From Promethearchaeota archaeon (lineage in GTDB: Archaea; Asgardarchaeota; Lokiarchaeia; Sigyniarchaeales; SOKP01): a stretch of DNA of 64,000 nucleotides. Below the pieces are notes generated by a model. That model saw only the letters and a list, made by a program, of their open reading frames with translations. It was not told the DNA's origin and did no database searches. A program made the position numbers and the translations under genes. Location: positions 96,001 through 160,000 of the forward strand of contig JAHPZA010000003.1 of NCBI GenBank assembly GCA_019058445.1. The letters run 5' to 3'. Positions 58,819-64,000 of the stretch are shown here, one piece after another (position 1 is the stretch's first letter; each line of letters begins with the position of its first letter).

Positions 58819-59685
58819 TTAGAGATTTTCTATAGCAGTATTTCGTCTAACGCGATGATTCTTCATCCCAATCTCTTCAGAGCTTACTCCCATAGCAAGA
58901 GCGATTAATTCGGTTAAATAAAGTACCGGAATATTATACTCTGCTTCAAATTTCTTTGAGAGGTCTCTTTGGGATGTATCAAATCGCTGGAAGCAGGCGG
59001 GACAGTTAACAACGATAACATTAGCACCTGCTTTTTTAATAGAGTCCATTTTCTGTTTTAGAATTGCATCGCCGTGTTCTGGATAAGGTCCAGCCACAGC
59101 ATTCCCGCAACAAAGTGCCAACTCATCATAATCAATTACGTTAGCACCAGTGGCAGCAACAATCTCTTTTAAATTTTTAGGACGCATTGGATCATCAGAT
59201 TCCATCCACTCGGCAGGACGCATGTAATGGCAACCAGGATGACAAGCAACTTTTAGATCACTCATTTGCTTCGTAATTCCCGCTTTAACTTTATCTAAAT
59301 TCTCCTTTAGAACGTCGACAAAGTGTACAACATCAATGGTACCCTTGAATTCTTTTCCAATTTTTGCTAATTCAGCATTAACTTTTTCTTTTTTCAAGGA
59401 ATCATGTTTTAATTGATGTTGAACTCCTCTTAAGGTGTTTGTGCAACCATTACATAGCGAAATAATAGGTTTACCCTCCGCTTCTGCTAAACATAAGTTT
59501 CGAGCACCTAGAGCAAGCCACGCCATATTATCAAAGCTTTTCACTCCAGTAGGATCTGGACAACAAGTAAAAGGAGCTTGTGATGTTTGGACTCCAATTT
59601 TGTCAAGAACCTTTCTGGAAGATGCCTCTATAAAAGGAATTCTATTACCAATCGTACAACCCTCAAACATTTTATATTCTGTCAT
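58819..59685 (-). CDS. hdrB: Heterodisulfide reductase subunit B
   Basis: Two CCG domains: GC, TCCP, CNGC, HPGCH, LCCG and CPAC. Confidence 0.93.
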   Translation of the reverse strand: MTEYKMFEGCTIGNRIPFIEASSRKVLDKIGVQTSQAPFTCCPDPTGVKSFDNMAWLALGARNLCLAEAEGKPIISLCNGCTNTLRGVQHQLKHDSLKKEKVNAELAKIGKEFKGTIDVVHFVDVLKENLDKVKAGITKQMSDLKVACHPGCHYMRPAEWMESDDPMRPKNLKEIVAATGANVIDYDELALCCGNAVAGPYPEHGDAILKQKMDSIKKAGANVIVVNCPACFQRFDTSQRDLSKKFEAEYNIPVLYLTELIALAMGVSSEEIGMKNHRVRRNTAIENL

Positions 59686-59700
59686 TTTCTTACCCTCCGT

Positions 59701-60234
59701 TTATAATTTTTTATCAACACCTATATTTTTTAATAAAGTTTGCACTTCATTAACATCTGGTGCAGCTACGGCTGGTAAGCCCAATTGTTCTCGTCTTCTC
59801 TCGATTGCGGGTTGAGATGGAATAGCTTTAGCACTTTCAAAAACTGCTTTGGCTTGAGCTACGACATTATCTGGTGCTAATCCTGCTCCAGTAGTAACAT
59901 TTTTAGCTAAAGTAATAATTTCAGTCACTTCAATTGCTTGTGGACAAACAGTATCACATGTATCACACACGGTACAACCCCAAGGTATAAGAGCTGATTT
60001 TGAGCCTGCTAAGGCCATGACAATATCTTTATAGCCTAGTAGTGTCCCTAATACAATCAATCTTGGATCAAACCAATTCGTAACCTCTCTATAAAAGGGA
60101 TTCGCTACATTAGCGACAGGACAATTGTCAGTGCATCGATTACATTGATAACAGTATTTTATCTTATCAGATCCAATATGTACATCCATTATAAGTTTCC
60201 TAAATTCAAAATCTATACCTAATGGTAATGTCAT
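59701..60234 (-). CDS. hdrC: Heterodisulfide reductase subunit C
   Basis: CYQCNRCTDNCP and WGCTVCDTCDTVCP 2x[4Fe-4S] motifs; adjacent to hdrB. Confidence 0.92.
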   Translation of the reverse strand: MTLPLGIDFEFRKLIMDVHIGSDKIKYCYQCNRCTDNCPVANVANPFYREVTNWFDPRLIVLGTLLGYKDIVMALAGSKSALIPWGCTVCDTCDTVCPQAIEVTEIITLAKNVTTGAGLAPDNVVAQAKAVFESAKAIPSQPAIERRREQLGLPAVAAPDVNEVQTLLKNIGVDKKL

Positions 60235-60304
60235 TTTTTTCACTTTTTTTTTGAGTTTTTTTCCAATTCATTTTTTTTCATATTTGTTGGTTTTAACCCA
60301 TGCA

Positions 60305-60356
60305 AGGGCAGTCATATCCAATCTATAATTTTTATTGGATATTTCATCCTAAACCA
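60305..60356 (-). promoter_or_regulatory. Eukaryote-like (Loki-type) SECIS element
   Basis: Minus strand: AUGA-A-AUAUCCAAU-AAAAAUUAUAG-AUUGGAUAU-GA-C, i.e. an AUGA/GA core, a 9-bp helix and an A-rich apical loop, immediately 3' of a Sec-containing ORF. Confidence 0.7.
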
Positions 60357-60493
60357 ACGTGTAATTCACGAGAGTAAATTTCTTTACCATCCTCATCAAC
60401 TACAGTGATGTGAGCGGCACACGATAGTCAGCAATCAAAACAGCGGACAATCATTTCTAAGACATTTACTACTCCTTCTGGTATATCACTCAT
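60344..60493 (-). CDS. vhuU: F420-non-reducing hydrogenase small Ni-binding subunit VhuU, selenoprotein (UGA22 = Sec); not in ORF track
   Basis: My translation: MSDIPEGVVNVLEMIVRCFDC-U-LSCAAHITVVDEDGKEIYSRELHVGLG. In-frame TGA at 60428-60430 sits at the Ni-ligand position; MvhA upstream lacks this C-terminal motif. Confidence 0.92.
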
Positions 60494-60530
60494 TTTTTTT
60501 ATTCACACTCTATATTAATTTTGATTTAGT

Positions 60531-61835
60531 TTATTTTATCCATGGATCTGGTAATTTAAGTCCTTCTAACGCTTTATCTTCAAACACTTGTTTAGCTACA
60601 TGCATTAATGTCTTCTCAATTCCTGCAATGTTGTGATTGGTTGCAACCAAGAGGTTTGCTTTCTTACAAATGCCCTCAGCATCTGACCACAAATTATATA
60701 ACAAAAGCCCTCTTGGAGCCTCTACTACGCCTACACCTTCTCCTTCTCTTGGCTGAACGTCCAATGTTTTGCAGTCAGGATTTACAATATCCGGATCTTC
60801 TAATAATTTTGCCATCATTTCAATAGATTCGACTAATTCAATTAATCTGGCCCAGTGATAAGCAAACGTGAAATGAGGTGTATTACCAATTTTAGCTCTC
60901 ATTGCTTGTAGCGCTTCATCTGCTAAAGGTGTTGCCATTTTATCAGCACAATTCGTCATTGCCAAACAATTTGCTCTATAAATTCCTTCAGGATATCCAG
61001 CAGGTTTGTAGTACATGTGTGTTGCATAAGAATGTTTAGGAATATGTTCTCCCAATGCTTCTAAGTAATTTTGAGGAGCATAATCAAATTTTTCTCCATC
61101 TGGAGATACAATTCTAATATCTCCCTCATAAATATCATGAACGCCATTATTTGTCATCCCAACATAATAGGTAGGAACATTACCTACATTAGCAACGACA
61201 TCCCAATAATCTTCTACCACTTTAACTCCGATTTCTACAGTCTTCTTTGACCATTCTACTTGATTTTCAATCTCTTTTAAGAATTTATCTCTTACATCCT
61301 CATCTAATGCTTTCTTCATTCCACCAGGAATACATACAATAGGGTGAATTGCTTTACCTCCGACAGCAGCACACATTTTTTGACCGAAATCCATCATTTT
61401 CAATGCCATTGCGCCAACATCAGGCATTTTATTGATGACATGCACTACATTTCTTAAAGCAGGATCCGCAAAAGGTCCTAATAAGAAATCAGGTGCCGCT
61501 AGTGCAAAGAAATGTATTGCGTGGGAACTATACTGCTTGGCATTAATTAAGAGTTGTCTTAATTTTCTAGCGGGTTCAGGAATCTGAACACCCCAAGCAT
61601 CTTCAACTGCCTTAGTTGGTGCGATATGATGAGGAATTGGACAAATTCCGCAGATTCTAGGGGTAATTCTTGGAACATGCTCCATATAACGTCCTTCAAC
61701 GAATTTTTCAAAAAATCGTGTTGATTGGATATTAAATTGAACATCTTGTACTTTTCCATCATCTCCTAGAACTAACCTTAATCCACCATGCCCCTCTAAT
61801 CGAGTTACGGGTTCTACTTCTATTTCTTTCACCAT
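60531..61835 (-). CDS. mvhA: Group 3c [NiFe(Se)] hydrogenase large subunit (MvhA/VhuA), C-terminal Ni motif split off
   Basis: PVTRLEGHG, RICGICPIPH and VEAPRG..ANLLVATNHN; no DPCxxC at the C-terminus. Confidence 0.93.
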   Translation of the reverse strand: MVKEIEVEPVTRLEGHGGLRLVLGDDGKVQDVQFNIQSTRFFEKFVEGRYMEHVPRITPRICGICPIPHHIAPTKAVEDAWGVQIPEPARKLRQLLINAKQYSSHAIHFFALAAPDFLLGPFADPALRNVVHVINKMPDVGAMALKMMDFGQKMCAAVGGKAIHPIVCIPGGMKKALDEDVRDKFLKEIENQVEWSKKTVEIGVKVVEDYWDVVANVGNVPTYYVGMTNNGVHDIYEGDIRIVSPDGEKFDYAPQNYLEALGEHIPKHSYATHMYYKPAGYPEGIYRANCLAMTNCADKMATPLADEALQAMRAKIGNTPHFTFAYHWARLIELVESIEMMAKLLEDPDIVNPDCKTLDVQPREGEGVGVVEAPRGLLLYNLWSDAEGICKKANLLVATNHNIAGIEKTLMHVAKQVFEDKALEGLKLPDPWIK

Positions 61836-61839
61836 TTTT

Positions 61840-63147
61840 TTAGCCTCCTTTTCTTGATGCTAGTGTAAATTTCTCAAATGTACCAATAGGATCTTTAACT
61901 TGGGCAAGCAACTCCTCCTTTGATATGCTTACGTTAAAGCCTTTAAGTACCGTATCAGCAAACCTATTTGCTTGATTAACACCCCATTCTGTTTGACCAT
62001 AACAACCTGTACATGGAGCATTAACTCGAATGCATAAGCCACCGCAGCCAGCTTTAGTAACAGGACCTAAACAAATATAGCCTTGTTCAATTAAACAATC
62101 CTCCATATTTGGTAGCCCTTCATAATCTCTCTTAACTTTAGTCATTGTTGATTTACTACCAATAACCCTATCACAAGTATCACAAACCGTTGAGATATCG
62201 GTGAAATCCCGGTTATCTCTTAAATATGCTAATACATTAGAAGCAATAGCTTCAGTATCAGATGGTAAGTTTGCTAAAGGAGTTTCTGGTGCGCCCCTTT
62301 TCTTCACTTGTTTTAGAATATCTGCTGCTAAATCAAAACCAGCCATTAATGGCACGTTTAAAAATAGCGATAGAAATTCATAGGTAGTCTTCTTATCACC
62401 GGAACTTACTGAACCAAGATTCTTAGTCATATCGTTTAACTTTGACGCACGGGCAGAGACAGTTTTTGCAGGTCCCATACATCCAACACAAGGATTTCCA
62501 GCATCAGGACATTTCATCGTACAACCTACGCTGGTAATAGGACCAAAGCATAATTTACCCTCATCCAATAGACATCCAGATTGATTTAATGAACACTCAT
62601 TACAAAAAGCAAGATCATTCATAGGGAATGGTTTTTGACCAAGTAAAAAACCTATCGCACTGAAAATTTGTTCTGATTTTGGAGGGCATCCTGCTATATA
62701 GGCATCAACCTTAATGATTTCGTCAACATTGACGATTTTTGGTTCAAACCCAGGAACATGTTCTGTAGGCTCTCCACCTCCTGAAACCTTACTTTCTACT
62801 GTATTATATTTTCTGTCGATACATTCACTAATATCCCATTGATTTGCTAATCCGTGTACATTTCCATAGCAAGCACAAGATCCAAAGGCAATAATAATTT
62901 GGCATTTTTCACGCATAACTTTTACGCCTTCTTTATCTTGCTTAGTTCTAACACTTCCTTCAATGAAACCAACGACAATTTCTCCAGGCTCTCTAGCGAC
63001 CAATGAATCATATTTGAAATCAACTACAGCTGGCCAATAGACAATCTCTAAAGCTGGAAGTACCGGTAAGAGGCTTAAATGCAAATCTATTAAGCTCTGA
63101 TGGCACCCCCAACAATCAGAATTTTGCCAGAATGCTACTTTGACCAT
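61840..63147 (-). CDS. mvhG: Hydrogenase small subunit MvhG/VhuG with duplicated C-terminal Fe-S module
   Basis: DCWGC, EGSV, FGSCACYG and GCPP, then two CxxC...C...CxGP.T..GC...C.....PCxGCxG blocks. Confidence 0.92.
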   Translation of the reverse strand: MVKVAFWQNSDCWGCHQSLIDLHLSLLPVLPALEIVYWPAVVDFKYDSLVAREPGEIVVGFIEGSVRTKQDKEGVKVMREKCQIIIAFGSCACYGNVHGLANQWDISECIDRKYNTVESKVSGGGEPTEHVPGFEPKIVNVDEIIKVDAYIAGCPPKSEQIFSAIGFLLGQKPFPMNDLAFCNECSLNQSGCLLDEGKLCFGPITSVGCTMKCPDAGNPCVGCMGPAKTVSARASKLNDMTKNLGSVSSGDKKTTYEFLSLFLNVPLMAGFDLAADILKQVKKRGAPETPLANLPSDTEAIASNVLAYLRDNRDFTDISTVCDTCDRVIGSKSTMTKVKRDYEGLPNMEDCLIEQGYICLGPVTKAGCGGLCIRVNAPCTGCYGQTEWGVNQANRFADTVLKGFNVSISKEELLAQVKDPIGTFEKFTLASRKGG

Positions 63148-63285
63148 TTCATTCACTCTTTGATTTTTTGTTTTGTTTTTTTCTTTTTATTTTTATAAAT
63201 ACGTATTTATCTTAATAAAATAAGATGTTTTAATGTATTCACAAAATTATTAAAAACTTCTTCTTTTGAACTGATGATTGTGAAT

Positions 63286-63518
63286 TTAAAAGATTATGAA
63301 TAAATATTCAATAAATGTTCGCACTTCTTTTTTCAATTCTTCTAAGAATTTTTTAGCTTTTAGATCAATTGGGTCAATTGCATGACTTTTTTCCACCTTT
63401 TCAATTGCTTGATCAATATCACCCCGATCTATCGCTTTTAAAAAATTGCCTAATTCCGCAAAATTATAACCCCATTTTTCCTATTCTTCAAAATTTTTTC
63501 TTTCTAATCTTCAGACAT
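63286..63518 (-). pseudogene. Degraded TPR-protein remnant
   Basis: ATG just after the hypD stop, two TAG stops and a frameshift, then EKWGYNFAELGNFLKAI..GDIDQAIEKVEKSHAIDPIDLKAKKFLEELKK (TPR-like). Confidence 0.55.
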
Positions 63519-63521
63519 TAT

Positions 63522-64000
63522 TTATCCTTCTTCTTTATGATACTTATAATAAATACTGCATGTTCCTTCCATTGAAACCATGCATGGTCCAATAGGATTA
63601 AGTGGAGTGCATTTTTTCCTAAAGAGGCTACATTCATAGGGATATAACTTACCTACCATAACTAAATGACAAGAACAACCTGGAGGAATGTCTTGAGATT
63701 TTTCAATTGTAATGTTGAATTTTTCATCAGCATCAAAATCTTGGTATTTCTCTTTTATAGCTAATCCTCCTTCAGAAACCCTTCCTATACCTCTCCAGGG
63801 TGATGAGACTGATTCAAAAACATCGGCAATTATTTTTTGGGCCATTAAATTTCCTTCTGGTTTAACGACTCTGGAATATTCATTCAAAGTATCAAACCTT
63901 TTATCTCTAACTTGTTTCAACAACATTAATATAGAAAGTAACACATCATTTGGTTCAAATCCCGCGATGACGTTTGGAATTCGGTATCCTTGAGAAAAGA
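63522..64000 (-). CDS. hypD: Hydrogenase maturation protein HypD (3' part; start outside the window)
   Basis: GFEP.D, NEYSRVV, WRGIG and GCSC..C..F.KKCTPLNPIGPCMVSMEGTC. Confidence 0.95.
   Translation of the reverse strand, partial: FSQGYRIPNVIAGFEPNDVLLSILMLLKQVRDKRFDTLNEYSRVVKPEGNLMAQKIIADVFESVSSPWRGIGRVSEGGLAIKEKYQDFDADEKFNITIEKSQDIPPGCSCHLVMVGKLYPYECSLFRKKCTPLNPIGPCMVSMEGTCSIYYKYHKEEG

Noticed and set aside
58819-63147. Evidence of methanogenesis from hdr/mvh/mtrH/marker-2-like genes
   Set aside because: No mcr or membrane mtr subunits in the window; these genes are common in non-methanogenic Asgard archaea.
63286-63518. Possible pyrrolysine read-through of two TAG codons after hypD
   Set aside because: The two TAGs are in different frames and the TPR appears internally deleted; simple pseudogenisation explains it.
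63160-63520. Hidden Sec-containing mvhD/vhuD upstream of mvhG
   Set aside because: No Cys/TGA pattern of MvhD was found in the minus-strand frames I read.
1-64000. CRISPR array, tRNA/rRNA, IS or integrase
   Set aside because: No regularly spaced repeats, GC-rich structured RNA blocks or transposase/recombinase motifs were seen.

Overview
AT-rich archaeal chromosomal window whose gene content points strongly to an Asgard archaeon, probably Lokiarchaeia. The indicators are five small GTPases with longin/uDENN and roadblock domains, a gelsolin-like protein, an archaeosortase, a split selenocysteine hydrogenase subunit with a eukaryote-type SECIS, TBP and rpL13e. No rRNA, tRNA, CRISPR array or transposase was seen. 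Housekeeping genes include hom/thrC, ADP-forming acetate-CoA ligase, ogg, a cyclophilin and an mvhG-mvhA-vhuU-hdrCB / hypCD / cooC hydrogenase region. Highlights: (1) a 13.2-19.1 kb co-oriented cluster encoding a uDENN-ArfGTPase-uDENN-PAS x3 sensor, two tandem Rag-like GTPases (His-type G4, HKYD) and a Zn-ribbon/roadblock protein. Its uDENN domains, and that of the GTPase at 26.4 kb, carry the '(A/V)RG' loop that holds the arginine finger in the eukaryotic GAPs FLCN and SMCR8, suggesting GTPases with a built-in GAP module. (2) An unannotated 49-aa selenoprotein VhuU (RCFDC-U-LSCAAH) whose stop codon is part of a SECIS-like AUGA..AA..GA hairpin. (3) MvhG with a duplicated C-terminal Fe-S module. 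(4) Apparent pseudoenzymes: an NrdD without radical or catalytic elements and an EndoV without catalytic acidic residues. (5) A SIR2-TPR giant protein, a CUB/Ig-TM-longin receptor-like protein and several tandem small-gene families. All domain calls come from motif recognition by eye; no searches were run.
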